A DNA stretch of 64,000 nucleotides from Octopus vulgaris. Its lineage: Eukaryota. The DNA lies in NCBI GenBank assembly GCA_951406725.2, contig OX597839.1, positions 32,364,001-32,428,000 on the forward strand. Direction: 5' to 3'. Positions 28,248-42,504 of the stretch are shown piece by piece. The number at the start of each line of letters is the position of its first letter. The stretch's first letter is position 1. The notes beneath the pieces were generated by a model. That model was given only the letters and a program-made list of their open reading frames with translations, ran no database searches and was not told the origin of the DNA. The position numbers and the translations under genes were made by a program.

Positions 28248-29394
28248 CCTACAACCGGTGCGTGTGTTTTTACTTGCCAAAAGACCCTCCCACAGTTTGA
28301 AACTCAGAATCTAGTGAAAATAAATAAATAATGACGATGATGATGATAATTAGTGAAGATTGAGGTTTGTGTTAATATGATAAATTTGAAGTGGTCTTAA
28401 ATAAACAGTAATTAGTTTCCAACGACACTATATTTTATTAATGAGTCGGCATTATAATTAATTACTTCAGTTTTATCTATGTAATAATCATTAACAAACC
28501 GCTATTTATATTTGCATCCTTTTCATCTTTTTTTTTTTTTAATTTTGTTTGTATGTATTTGTTTTTATTATTTACGTATTTATTTTTGATGTTGTAATTA
28601 TGCTAGCAACATTTTTTTTTTTAGAAATTGCGGAAAATAATCGATAATAAATTGTGAAATATCGAACACGGTGCTTGATTGGTCTTTGGTAATTATAATT
28701 AGATGGTGGAGGGAGGTGGAGAGGCGGGATGTCTTGACTGCTTGTTGATTTCTGTGAAATACATATTTTTATTACATGTTGTTGTTGTTGTTGTTGTTGT
28801 GTAGCCTGTGGTCAGTCAGTCAGGATTGAACAGACCTCTAATCAAAGGCTTTCCACCCACGACAATCCCCACTTTGTGCAGGAATGCACAACTGCATTAA
28901 CTTATGTGATCTCTGTGGGATAGATTCAGTTACTATTTCTAGCAAGTCTTGTGACCATATAGAAGATCCCTCGTTGATTTGTTCTGAGTTACATATTTTG
29001 TGTCTGATTTCGTTTGTAATATAATTTACCCTTAGACTAATGGAAAACATAATTTGCTGTTCAATGTAGACAGTCAACCGCTTATAAATATAGTATTATT
29101 TCTCGTTCTTTCTTCGATTTTCTCCTGGCGAAGAATCTATCCAATTCAAATTATCTATAGAAATTGGTTGGCATGCAGAAACAGTATGCTGTGGAGACTT
29201 ATGAACGTAATTTTTGTGTATACGTTTGGGATACGATGAAAAGACAGTAATCGACCATCAAGCGATTACAACGCTAGGATATCAGCATTATATACATATA
29301 GCAGATGTACCAATGACCCGTTGGCTCACAACCACTCCAAGTTGAAAATGTCGATGCGCGGCGGCAAAGGAAAAAAAATACTATTTCAAACTTC

Positions 29395-29822
29395 ATGCCT
29401 GATTGAAGGAGGGCGGTGGTGCAATCACCACTACAGACTCAGCCCACAGACGGATTCGGCCCACACGTGACAACAGGTGTTCAACATAACCCCACGAGTC
29501 AGCAATATCCGGTCACTGAACGAGGGCGTGCAGAGCGGTTTCCTCACTTTGCGCGCTCTTCGGACAAGCCCGTCTGACAGCACATCCGTGCCTGTAGAGC
29601 TTGTGTCGAACCGGTAGCGCCCCTGGTAGCACTACCAGGCCAAGGACATCATGGAAATTATCCATGACCGGAAAGTCTTCAGGAACAGACGAGCCTGTGC
29701 GTTCTCGTCGGCGCCCAAAGAGCTCCCGAGAACGTTGTCGCATTTCCCCCTTCCCACTAATCCCCTATAAATTTCTAAAGCGGAACATCCACCGATCCCG
29801 TTGCCCGACTCGTAGCCAGTTG
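29395..29822 (-). mobile_element. Tx1/L1-type LINE ORF2 C-terminal fragment
   Basis: Peptide SLAW*CYQGALPVRHKLYRHG...CPKSAQSEETALHALVQ (CCHC knuckle region). Inverted homolog of 31614-31945. Confidence 0.75.
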
Positions 29823-29963
29823 TGAGCGTCTGGCATAACAACAACGACAGCAACAACAACCGCAAGAACGAGATGTAATGTCAACTGAAACCAACAATTG
29901 TACGAATTCCACGAATTTCACGCAACTTAAACACACAAGTTTCACAAATCAAATATCGGGTAT

Positions 29964-30613
29964 CGCCGCCACCGCCGCAGCCACCACCACCACCGCCACC
30001 ACCATCGCCACCACCACCACCGCCGCAGCCACCACCGCCACCACCACCACCACCACCACCGCCACTACCACCACCACCACCGCCACTACCACCGCCACTA
30101 TCACCACCACCACCATCGCCACCACCACCACCGCCGCCACCACCACCACCACCACCATCGCTGCCACCACCACCACCACCACCGCCACTACCACCACCAC
30201 CACCATCGCCACCACCACCACCGCCGCCACCACCACCACCACCACCACCACCACCACCACCACCACCACCACCACCACCACCACCACCACCGCCACTACC
30301 ACCACCACCACCACCGCCACCACCACCACCACCACCGCCACTACCACCACCACCACCATCGCTGCCACCACCACCACCACCACCACCGCGTCCCTATTTT
30401 TTTTTAATCTTCTCCCCCCCTCCCCATCTTTTCCAGTCATTCCTGTTTTCCTTCTCTCCGTTCTTCAATTCTTGACTCCAAAATTCCCCTCTCCTCCCAC
30501 CACCACCACCGTTTCTCTTTCTTTTTCCTTTTTTATTCCACCATTACTACTACCACCACCGCCACAAACACCAAAACCACCATCTCTACAGCTACTACCA
30601 CCACCAGCACTAT

Positions 30614-30644
<31 letters not shown>

Positions 30645-30678
30645 GCCGCCGCCATCATTACTCCTCCTCCTCCTCCTC

Positions 30679-30719
<41 letters not shown>

Positions 30720-30722
30720 GCA

Positions 30723-30764
<42 letters not shown>

Positions 30765-30765
30765 G

Positions 30766-30812
<47 letters not shown>

Positions 30813-30816
30813 GCTG

Positions 30817-30851
<35 letters not shown>

Positions 30852-30855
30852 GCTG

Positions 30856-30902
<47 letters not shown>

Positions 30903-30905
30903 GCA

Positions 30906-30939
<34 letters not shown>

Positions 30940-30947
30940 TGCTGCTG

Positions 30948-30985
<38 letters not shown>

Positions 30986-30988
30986 GCA

Positions 30989-31027
<39 letters not shown>

Positions 31028-31070
31028 GCTGCTACTACTGCTGCTGCTGCTGATACTACTACTACTACTA
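29964..31070. repeat. (CCA)n/(CTA)n trinucleotide tracts
   Basis: Directly visible. Similar tracts occur at 33490-33860, 39930-40360, 40820-41210, 44818-45295 and 58108-58485. Confidence 0.95.
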
Positions 31071-31613
31071 CAACAGTGGTGTTGTAACAAGACACCCCTC
31101 TAAGGTAAACCCCTAACCACATGAATTCAGCACAACACACAAAATGGGGTCTTGAAGTAGTAGTGGCAGTGGTGGTGGTGGTGGTGGCGGTAGTAGTAGT
31201 AGTAGTAGTATTGTAGTTGTAGCAGAGTAGACCTGTTTGAGTAGACTTATGATCAGACATTCCAGATATGACCAACCAGTCGTTGGCCAGTGCCGCTCTT
31301 ATTTGAAGACGGCTACTCAAGGATTTGAGGCAATTTGGCTGCTATTTCTACCACCAGGTCCAACGACCACCTCCACTCACACTTGTTGGCTTTTTATTTT
31401 TGTTTTATCTTTTTACCTTTGGCGTGTTTCAGTCGGACTGCGGCCATGCTGGAGCAACGTCCGGAAAAAATTTTTGTCGAATGAATCGATCCCCCACGCC
31501 CAACCACCACCACCATGACTTAATTTGTTTTTTAAAGCCTAGTACTTATTCTATCGGACATTTTCGCCGAACCGCTACGTTACAAGAACGTAAACAAACC
31601 AACACCAGTTGTC

Positions 31614-32500
31614 AACGAGAACGAACTGGCTCGTCTGTGCCGGAGGACTTACCGGTCGGGAACTATCATGGATTATTTCCAAATGTCCTTGGCCTGGTAG
31701 TGCTACCGGGGGAGTGGGGTGCTACCGGTTCGAGACAAGCTCTACAGGTACGGATGCACCGTCAGATGTACTTGTCAGAGATGCGCTCAAAGTGAGGAAA
31801 CCGTTCTGCACGCCCTCGTTCAGTGACCGGATATTGCTGACTCGTGGGGTTATGTTGAACAGCTGTTGTCAGGTGTGGGACGGATCCGTCTGTCGGCCGA
31901 GTCTGTAGCGGTGATTGCACCGCCACCCTCCTTCATTCGGGCAGGCAAGGCAGTTTTCCTTTGCCTGGTGGCTGTGGCGAAAGAGGTTGTTTGGTGGACA
32001 AGGCTGAAAGGCATGAGGACAGGATACATTCCTCTTTGGTAGAGCTCTCATTCACTTCTTCAAGTTTCACTCGAAAAGGAAATTGAGAGTGGAGAGTGAA
32101 GTGCTGTCCTCGAGTGAGTTTAATGAAATGTGAGTGAAAGTTGCGAAACTGGCAAGAGTGGATGGTACGTCTCTAAGTGTAGACCTTTGAGTCGGGGAGA
32201 AGGAATTGGAAAGGCCACTTGCTCTAGGGGTTTCAGGGAAGTCTTAGACAGTGGGGTTCCTCGATTATCCATAGAAGTGTTCCTGTATTAAGAGGGCCAC
32301 ATCTCTGTTATCCTCCCCGCCACTGTTTTCTTTAACCTTTTGTATGCTATGGGAATGTCCCTTCCTTTTCATTTTAAAGAAATTCTTTTATCATTTCATC
32401 ATATTTAACGTCTAACACTTTGTCTTTGTGTCATCCCCCCTTGTATTAATCCTTCGCCCTTGTGGCAAATAAATTAACCTTGTGTTTAATAAAGAAATCA
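31614..32500 (+). mobile_element. 5'-truncated Tx1/L1-type LINE: ORF2 zinc-knuckle end + 3'UTR
   Basis: Peptide VLPVRDKLYRYG...CQRCAQSEETVLHALVQ*P...AVAKEVVWWTRLKG. The 3'UTR ends CCCTTGTGGCAAATAAA...AATAAAGAAAT before (ATT)n. Another 3'UTR piece lies at 43070-43297 (-). Confidence 0.8.
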
Positions 32501-32719
32501 TTATCATCATTATTATTATTATTTATGGGTTTTTCTTCTTCTTTCAAATTTGCTTCCATTTCTTGCCGAGTGTCTTCCCGACTCCTAGGGCAAAGAAACT
32601 CATAGTATACATTGGTAGGCCATTAAACCAAACTCAATAGTTCGTTCATTTTTTTTTTGATAGAAATAAAATAAAATTAAAATACATGGGTAGTAATAGT
32701 TCTCACATCGACAATGCTC

Positions 32720-32771
<52 letters not shown>

Positions 32772-32818
32772 CATTATTATTATTATTATTATTATCATTA
32801 TTATTATTATTATTATTA

Positions 32819-32903
<85 letters not shown>

Positions 32904-34699
32904 CATTATTATTATTATTATTATTATCATTATTATTATCATTATTATTATTATTATTATCATACTGTTCCTAAGACTACATTATCCAACATGGCCGTTT
33001 CTTTTATGTAACAATAAGGTGTAATTTAAGGGGGATTTGCTTGCTATTTCTAGCAGGTCCAGCGATCACAGAGACACGTTGTTGTTGTCGTTAGCGATGA
33101 TGATGATGATTCTCATGAGCGTTGTTGTTGTTGTTGTTGTTGTCGTTTCCACTGGCAACATACCCATTTCCCAACCGCAAAGCTCTCTCTCTCTCACGCA
33201 CACACGCACATAGAGGCACACTACGCCATTCGGTGCAACCCGGTGCAGCATGTCAAATCAAGAATCTTTGTTGCATGTTTGACACGTCACTGCTTTACAC
33301 TCCAGGGTGCATTGCAGCTCTACAAACACGGGGTGGGGGTGGGGGTGGGGGGCAATGGGTGGTGGTTGTTGTTGTTGTTGTTGGTGGTGGTGGCGGTGGT
33401 GGGGAGTTGACAATGAAAACCTCGAGGAAAGGAAATCTTTTTCCAACGCCGCCATTCATCATTGCTAGCAGCAGCGGTGTTAATGCCAACATCACCACCA
33501 CCACCACCGCCACCACCACCAACAACAATAACAACACCACCATCGCTACCACCACCACTACCACCACCATCATTGCTACCACCGCCATCACTGCTACCAC
33601 CACCTCTGCCACCACCACCACTACCACTATCACCACCACTGCCACCACTACCACCACCACCACCGCTATCATTGCTACCACCACCACTGCCACCACTACC
33701 ACCACCACCGCTACAACCACCACCACTACCACATTTTCTACCTCTACAACCATCATCGCTACCTCCACCACCGCTAGCGCCACCTCCATCACCACCAACA
33801 CCACCAACACCATCACAAACACAACTCCCACAATCTCCACCACTACCACCACCACCCTAAAAACCACAATCATTATGACTAACATCACCATCATTGTTTC
33901 AGCCATCAGCACCCACACCGCTCCGTCATACTCTCGTCACCACCACCCCAGAGGCAACGTTACCTCACCTCAACCAGCACCACTACAACACTCAACTGTT
34001 GTACTACATCTGCCACCGCGTCGCTATATCAATTCCGCCACAACTACCCCCAACACCGCTACAACGATGCCACCACGAACTACTACCACACGAACATTAC
34101 ATATATACGAGAGAAAAAAAACCCCACAAAAACTCCATGAAACATTTCGGAATAATTCATAAAAATACATTTTACAAAAATAACAATACTCACTGAAACA
34201 ATATTTGCAAACCGGATGCACCATTATCTACTTTCTCAATAATATATATATATATATATATATAGTCAAACAAACTAAATAGGCTTAAAAATAAACGTGT
34301 CGCCAAAAGTAAACATTGTAACCATAAAAATGTTTAAAAATCTATCAAGGCACTTCCAACGGCATTAAAAACACTTTTATAGAACTAAAAGAAATGTTAT
34401 CTTCCATGACATCTCTGTAATAATAGAAGGGCAATTAATACCCAGTGGTCTGAATTACATCGAATTGAACGGACCATTTCACAAAGGGTGTGGTCTTATA
34501 ACATACTTTTTAACTTTTCTCAGTCATTAAACTGCGGCCATGTTGGAGCACGGCCTTCAATAAACTTAGACGAACGAATTGACATTAGTACTTATTTTTA
34601 AAGTCTGATACTTTTTCTATCGTTCTCTGTTGCCGAACCGTTAGGCTAGGAGGAAGTAAACACATCGACGCCGGCTGTCATGCGGTGGTGGGGGACACC

Positions 34700-36608
34700 A
34701 CGGTGGAATTTGAACTCAGAACATAAAGACAGACGAAATACCGCTAAGCATTTCGCCCGGCGTCTAACGTTTCTTATTTCTTTATTGCCCACAAGGAGTT
34801 AAACGTAGAAGGGACAAACAAGTACAGACAAAGAGAGTAAGTCGATTGCATCGACCCCAGTGCGTAACTGGTACTTAATTTATCGACCCCGAAAGGATGA
34901 AAGGCAAAGTCGACCTCGGCGAAATTTGAACTCAGAACGTAGCGGCAGACGAAATACCTATTTCTTTACTATCCACAAGGGGCCAAACACAGAGAGAACA
35001 AACAAGGACAGACAAACGGTTTAAGTCGATTATATCGACCCCAGTGCGTAACTGGTACTTATTTAATCGACCTCGAAAGGATGAAAGGCAAAGTCGACCT
35101 CGGCGGAATTTGAACTCAGAATGTAACGGCAGACGAAATACTGCTAAGCATTTCGCCCAGCGTGCTAACGGTTCTGCCAGCTCGCCGTCTTTAGTACATA
35201 AAATATTATATAAGTAGTTACATAACAGAACGTGACACTTCAACAGCTGTGCACCAGCACGTCATCAGTTGAGTGGCTTTGATAGCGGTGTTGGGTCGCG
35301 TTCAGTTTCACATCGTTTTACACCCTGTTGTATATTCAGCGTTGTCCTTACACTGAGTAACAGAAACAGTTCAAAAAGACACAAAGCATAAAAATACCAA
35401 ATAACGGAATGGTAATAAAAAAAATTAGAAATATAGATTTTATGACTGTGAGGTAAGAAGCTTGCTTCTTCAACCTCATGGTTCCAGAACGTAGCGGCAG
35501 ACGAAATACCTATTTCTTTATTACCCACAAGGGGCTAAACACAGAGGGGACAAACAAGGACAGACAAACGGATTACGTCGATTACATCGACCCCAGTGCA
35601 TAACTGGTACTTAATTTATCGACTCCGAAAGGATGAAAGGCAAAGTCGACCTCGGCGGAATTTGAAATCTGAACGTGAGGACGGAAGAAATGCCGCTAAG
35701 CATTTTGTCCGGCGTGCTAACGGTTCTGCCAGTTCGCCGCTTTTTCATTGGCCTTTCTATTGACTCATCATATCTCTGTCCCATCTTCCGGATTAACGAA
35801 AGAAGATAAGGATTATCTTTTCACATACTTAATATCTTTTATTTGATTTGTTTCAGTCACTATGCTGAGGCCATGCTGGAGCACCGCCATGAAGGGTTTT
35901 TAGTCGAACAAATCAACCCCAGGACTTTATTTTCTTTTAAAAGACTGGTACTTATTTCTAGCTAAACAATGACAGACATAGGTTATTAAGTCGATTATAT
36001 CAACCCCAGTGCGTAACTGGTACTTAATTTATCGACCCCGAAAGGATGAGAGGCAAAGTCAACCTCGGCGGAATTTGAACTCTGTCCTTGTTTGTCCCCT
36101 CTATGTTTAGCCCCTTGTGGGTAGTAAAGAAATAGAGGGGACAAACAAGGACAGACATAGGTATTAAGTCGATTACATCGACCCCAGTGCGTAACTGGTA
36201 CTTAATTTATCGACCCCGAAAGGATGAAAGGCAAAGTCGACCTCCGCGGAATTTGAACTCAGAACGTAGCGGCAGACGAAATACCTATTTCTTTATTACC
36301 CACAAGGGGACAAACAAGGACAGACATAGGTTATTAAGTCGATTATATCAACCCCAGTGCGTAACTGGTACTTAATTTATCGACCCCGAAAGGATGAGAG
36401 GCAAAGTCAACCTTTTCAAACAAGGACAGACATAGGTATTAAGTCGATTACATCGACCCCAGTGCGCAACTGGTACTTGATTTATCGACCCCGAAAGGAT
36501 GAGAGGCAAAGTCGACCTCGGCGGAATTTGAACTCAGAACGTGAGGACGGACGAAATGCCGCTAAGCACTTCGCCCGGCGTGCTAACGATTCTGCCAGCT
36601 CGCCGCCA
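34700..36608 (-). mobile_element. complex nested/tandem family A SINE cluster
   Basis: At least seven partial or complete units with rearranged junctions. It includes a copied block at 35485-35962 and an inversion at 36081-36154. Confidence 0.85.
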
Positions 36609-36814
36609 TAATTATAATTTTTCTTTTTCATATAGATCTGCAACAGCCATTGCATCACATTATTCTTGATTGATTAAATGATCGATAATGATTTCAGTTA
36701 ACTTGGGTCTAATGCTTTGGGAGGGAACAATAATATCCGAACCAAACCATTTACCGTATTTCATTCCCAAACACTTTATTACTGATCATTGATCCAACCG
36801 GTATTATGATTTCA

Positions 36815-37199
36815 GGAGGCGCAATGGCCCAGTGGTTAGGGCAGCGGACTCGCGGTCATGGGATCGCGGTTTCGATTCCTAGACCTGGCGTTGCGAGTGT
36901 TTATTGAGCGAAGACACCTAAAAAGCTCCACGAGGCTCCGGCAGGGGATGGTGGTGATCCCTGCTGTACTCTTTCACCACAACTTTCTCTCACTCTTACT
37001 TCCTGTTTCTGTTGTACCTGTATTTCAAGGGGCCGGCCTTGTCACTCTCTGTGTCACGCTGAATATCCCCGAGAACTACGTTAAGGGTACACGTGTCTGT
37101 GGAGTGCTCAGCCACTTACACGTTAATCTCACGAGCAGGCTGTTCCGTTGATTCGGATCAACCGGAACCCTCGTCGTCGTAACCGACGGAGTGCTTCCA
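36815..37199 (+). mobile_element. tRNA-derived SINE (family D)
   Basis: Near-identical to 7686-8069. Confidence 0.9.
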
Positions 37200-37252
37200 T
37201 CCATTATGATTTCAAACAAAAAATCAGGGCATCGCGTTTCGTATTCTCCCCC

Positions 37253-37299
<47 letters not shown>

Positions 37300-37729
37300 T
37301 CTCTCTTTCTCCCCCTCTCGCCACTCTCTCTCTCCACAGTTTATGTCGTATTCAGCCCCTTATTCCAAATCTAGCTTCACGCAAAAAGGTCCTGTTATTG
37401 CTTGTTGGAAAACCTTAAACAGTTTTTGTAGTGCAAACTTTAACTCCCTTAGGTTTTCAAATAGTTGAAACTTTTGGATTTGAACTTTTTTCGGGTGGAA
37501 AAGTTATATTTATGGATTCAAAATCGGGTAAAAAAAACCAAGGTAAAGGTCCTTGTTTCCTTTTGGAGTATCTCTTTTAGAGTACGTGCCATTTAATTCT
37601 TTTTTTTTCTATTTTAAACACTTGATGAAAATAAAGTACGCTGTGACATTCTATCATTGCTACAATATAACGGTTTCGAATGTTGCCTTAAGGGCAGCAA
37701 TTTTGGGCGAGGTGGGGATGAGTCTAGCA

Positions 37730-38475
37730 AGCCGGGTGAAGTGCTTAGCGGTATTTCGTCTGCCGTTACGTTCTGAGTTCAAATTCCGCCGAGGTCGACT
37801 TTGCCTTTCATCCTTTCGGGGTCGATTAAATAAGTACCAGTTACGCACTGGGATCGATGTAATCGACTTAATACGTTTGTCTGTCATTGTTTGTCCCCTC
37901 TGTGTTTAACCCCTTGTGGGTAGTAAAGAAATAGGTATTTCGTCTGCCGCTACGTTCTGAGTTCAAATTCCGCCGAGATCGACTTTGCCTTTCATGCTTT
38001 CGGGGTCGATTAAATAAGTACCAGTTACGCACTGGGATCGATGTAATCGACTTAATACGTTTGTCTGTCATTGTTTGTCCCCTCTGTGTTTAGCCCCTTG
38101 TGGGTAATAAAGAAATAGGTATTTCGTCTGTCTTTACGTTCTGAGTTCAAATTCCGCCGAGGTCGACTTTAGCTTTCATGCTTTCTGGGTCGATTAAATA
38201 AGTACCAGTTACGCACTGGGGTCAATATAATCGACTTAAACCGTTTGTCTGTCCTTGTTTATCCTCTCTGTGTTTAGCCCCTTGTGGGTAGTAAAGAAAT
38301 AGGTATTTCGTCTACCGCTAAGTTCTGAGTTCAAATTCCGCCGAGGTCGACTTTGCCTTTCATCCTTTCGGGGTCAATTAAATAAGTACCAGTTGCGTAT
38401 TGGGGCCGATCTAATCGACTAGCCCCCACCTACCCACCCACCAAACATTCGGGCCTTGTGCCTAGAGTAGAAAAG
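37730..38475 (+). mobile_element. family A SINE head-to-tail array, 184-bp period
   Basis: GGTATTTCG recurs at 37750, 37934, 38118 and 38302. The last unit ends in the alternative (old) tail. Confidence 0.92.
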
Positions 38476-39027
38476 GAACAGGCTGCCGCCAAAAAATTAA
38501 AAAAAAATCACGATATACATTTTACAAATGTAATTTAGGTTAAGAGTTCTGACTCTTGGCAACCCTGAAGTATGACACCCAATAACATTCCTTACCCTCC
38601 GTCTGTCCTAAATCTAAACTCATTATTCATATCAATGTTGTTCATTGTTCAAAAAATATCCAGTTACCATAGTAATGACTTTTTTGTCCGTTGTTGGAAC
38701 AACAAGGATTATCCTTAAAAGTAATGTCTGTAGTCTTTGATTCGTCTTGAAAAGATATGTTATTCAAGTACATCTTGCGGCCCTTACAAGTTTTTTTTTT
38801 TCCTTTTCTAAACTTGTCTTTAAGTTGTCTTCTAATTCCTTGGGCAAAGTCAAATCAATAAGTCTTCATTAGACTCATGCATTTTGTTCGACGCACGCTT
38901 ATTCCTGATATGTACCCACTTCACAGTAAATTGTGGCTTGTTTAATTTAGGAATTTATTGATCGAATACTGCAGGAGCACGTTGTTAGAACGGAAACTGA
39001 CAAGAAAACAGGAGCCACGTAATCACT

Positions 39028-39120
39028 TTCATTAGCTTACAGCTGTTTCTGCTAAAAGAAGCAGCGCATTCAGCGCTGAGTACTTGTGCAACGTCTTATA
39101 ACTTCCTCAGAGTCATTGAA
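39028..39120 (-). ncRNA. degenerate Type I hammerhead motif
   Basis: Minus strand reads UUCAAUGACU-CUGAGGA-AGUUA...UAGCA-GAA-ACAGCUGU-A-AGCUAAUGAA, with imperfect stems I and II. Confidence 0.55.
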
Positions 39121-39214
39121 ATGGAATGGATGCTTATTTTGGAAAGATGTGTTACTGTACTATAGGCTTCATAGATTTTAGCCAACAATCTATAGAACAG
39201 AGGGAGAGAGAGAA

Positions 39215-39249
<35 letters not shown>

Positions 39250-39772
39250 AGGGGGAAACACCTAGTTCCTACAAGCAATATTCTCGTGACCAAGGACTAA
39301 GAAATAAGCCGAACTAATGTCAAACCCAACTCGTATGGAGATCTTATTTAAGGGCCCTTTTTAGCTGTTCACCCCTCACTGAGTACCCTCTATGTAACTG
39401 TCCGCAGAGACAGCACTTATAAACCCACTCTTACTCAGGCCTTAACTAAACTGGATACAGCGCTGTACGTCTGAACGTATCACCGCACATCCTTGGCTGA
39501 CGGTCCATAAATTCTGATTTTGTGCGTTTGTGTTTTGTTTCACTGCTGTGATGTGCTGCAGAATACATCTATAGATTTTAGTCGCCTCTGTATCTCATGA
39601 AGAAACATAATCACCTTGTCTTTTCTCTATAAATATCTTTGTGGACATTCACACACACACACACACGCGTATAGACACATACAGAAACATATATATATGA
39701 GCATCACACACACACACACACACTTATATACATAGAGGGCGCTGACAACGCAGCTAATGGAATAGAACGGTC

Positions 39773-39785
39773 GTTGCTAGGCAAC
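39773..39785. promoter_or_regulatory. candidate RFX X-box
   Basis: GTTGCTAGGCAAC, within the longer inverted repeat TCGTTGC-TAG-GCAACGA. Motif match only. Confidence 0.45.
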
Positions 39786-40840
39786 GAGACCAGTTAGGTC
39801 AGTTGCAAAGTTAGGTGAGCGTGAGAACTCCAGCCATTATCGCCTGCCGTTTCTGGACGGACCTGGTTGTTGGCAGCCATGACAGAAGAGAAGCGTAACA
39901 AAATGTCTCCCTTGGCGTCGGCGGCGGCGGTGGTGATGGTGGTAGTGGTAGTGGGAGTGGTGGTGGTGGTGGTGGTGGTGGAAGTAAATTTGGTTATGCT
40001 GATGGCGGCGGCGGTGGTCAAGGTTATAGTGTTGATAATCTTAGCTGCGATGTTTGTGCTGTTTTGTCGGTGATCGTTGGGGACGTGGTCAGGGGTGGGG
40101 TGGTGGTACTCACTGTGGTTGATGGTGGTGGTGGTGGTGGTGGGGGGGGGCATGGCGATACTAGTGCTAATGGTGGAGATGGTGGTGATGTTGGTGGTGG
40201 AGCCAATGGTGGTGGTGGTGGTGGTGGTGGTGGGCATGGCGATACTAGTGCTAATGGTGGTGGTGGTGGTGGAGCCAATGGTGGTGGTGGTGGTGGGAAT
40301 TGTAACGTTGGTTATAGTATTAATGATTATAACAGCGGTGGTGGTGGTGGTGGTGGTGGTCAACGCGGTTGTGGAACAATGGCGATGTTTGGCCAGTGGT
40401 CAGTCTGATTTGTTGTTTTTGTGTCAGTGACGTCACTGGGACCCAAGTGACGATGACTCAGTTTCACCGCTGCTTGCTGTCTCCTTTTTTTTTTTTTTTT
40501 TGCTTTGTACACACCACAGCGCCGACACCACAACGACTTCGCCTCCATTGCACAACCATTACTAACCACAGAATAAGGAGCTCAGCGTGGTCGGTCGGTC
40601 TTCCGCTCTGCTAGAAATAGCAACCAAAACTCCCCCTACACCCTCGACCCTCTTAAACACTTTAGATCATGCAGCTTCAAAACAACGTGGACAACAAAAT
40701 GCCGCGTCTGCGAAGAAGACGGGGATGGTCGTTGATGGAACGCTATTGATCGTAATAGGTCAGTTTGACCATGGGCAGATTTGCGGGTTTAAACAAACAA
40801 AATTAAGTTACTACCTCATCAGCTCCTCCTCCTCCTCCTC

Positions 40841-40880
<40 letters not shown>

Positions 40881-40899
40881 ACTTTATTATTATTATTAT

Positions 40900-40931
<32 letters not shown>

Positions 40932-41813
40932 CAACTACTGCTGCTATTACTATTATTTCTCTCCTCCTCCTCCTCCTCCTCCTCCTCCTACTACTACTAC
41001 ACTACTACACTATTATTATTATTATTACAACTACTGCTATTATTATTATTATCTCTCCTCCTCCTCCTCATCCTCATCCTCATCCTCCTCCTCCTCCTCC
41101 TCCTACTACTACTACTACTAGTAGTACTACTACTACTACTGCTAATACTAGTACTACTACTACTACTACTACTGCTACTGCTGCTGCTGCTACTACTACT
41201 ACTACTATCACAACTGCTGCCACTTCTCTAATCAACTCCACATCGTAATAACGTGATTACACTCATCGCCGCCGCCGCCGGTTCACCCTTCATCGTCACC
41301 CAACATCCCCACCCCGCCCCGCAATACCACGTCATTATCCACTTCGGCCACCCACCACCACTACTTCCTACTAACCGCATGACCACCACAACGACCACCA
41401 CCACCCAACACCGCCGCCGCCGCCGCCGCCGCCATCGCCGACTGCGTCATTACCAAGGCCACCGGTTATTCGCTTCACCCTCCCCCCCACCCTCCCCCGC
41501 TCCGCCCTTCTCCCCCTCCCTCTCAACATTACACTGACCATCATCGCTGCTAACCATAAACACCATAACCATTGCCCGACCACCCCGCAACCTCACTGTT
41601 ACAAGCACCCCAGCACCACCGCCGCCGCCATTGATGTAATCCTGCTCTCAACAATAGACGTATACAGTACACACTCACAATTACACAGACACACGCACAC
41701 ACACACACACATACATACATACATACATACATACATACATACACACACACACATACATACATACATACATACATACATACATACACACATATATATATAT
41801 ATATACACACACA

Positions 41814-41849
<36 letters not shown>

Positions 41850-41889
41850 TATACATACATACATGCATACATACATACATACATACATG

Positions 41890-41921
<32 letters not shown>

Positions 41922-41985
41922 CGCATACATACATACATACATACATACAAACATACATACATACATACATACATACATACATACA

Positions 41986-42031
<46 letters not shown>

Positions 42032-42220
42032 CATACATGCATATATACATATATGTGTGTATAGGTGTTTATAAATATGTATATGTATATGTGTGTGTGT
42101 ATATGTATGCAGGTGTGTATGTCTGTCTATATATATATGTATATATAAATACGTGTGTGTATTATGTAGGTGTATATGTATCTATATATGTTTATATATA
42201 TATATGTGTGTGTGTGTGCG

Positions 42221-42289
<69 letters not shown>

Positions 42290-42450
42290 GTATATAGACA
42301 CGTAAACACTTGCACGCGCACACACGCACACATTATCTTGCAGCCGATCGCCCTGCCAAAGCAAGCTGTACCTCAGTAAAATACTACGAGAGAGAGGGGG
42401 GAGAGAGAGAGAGAGAAGAGAAGAAGCTGTGGTGAACGGGAGAAAGACAG

Positions 42451-42504
<54 letters not shown>

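Noticed and set aside
29395-31945. Twin-priming inversion of one LINE
   Set aside because: The two inverted fragments cover the same ORF2 segment and are clearly diverged, so they are better explained as independent insertions.
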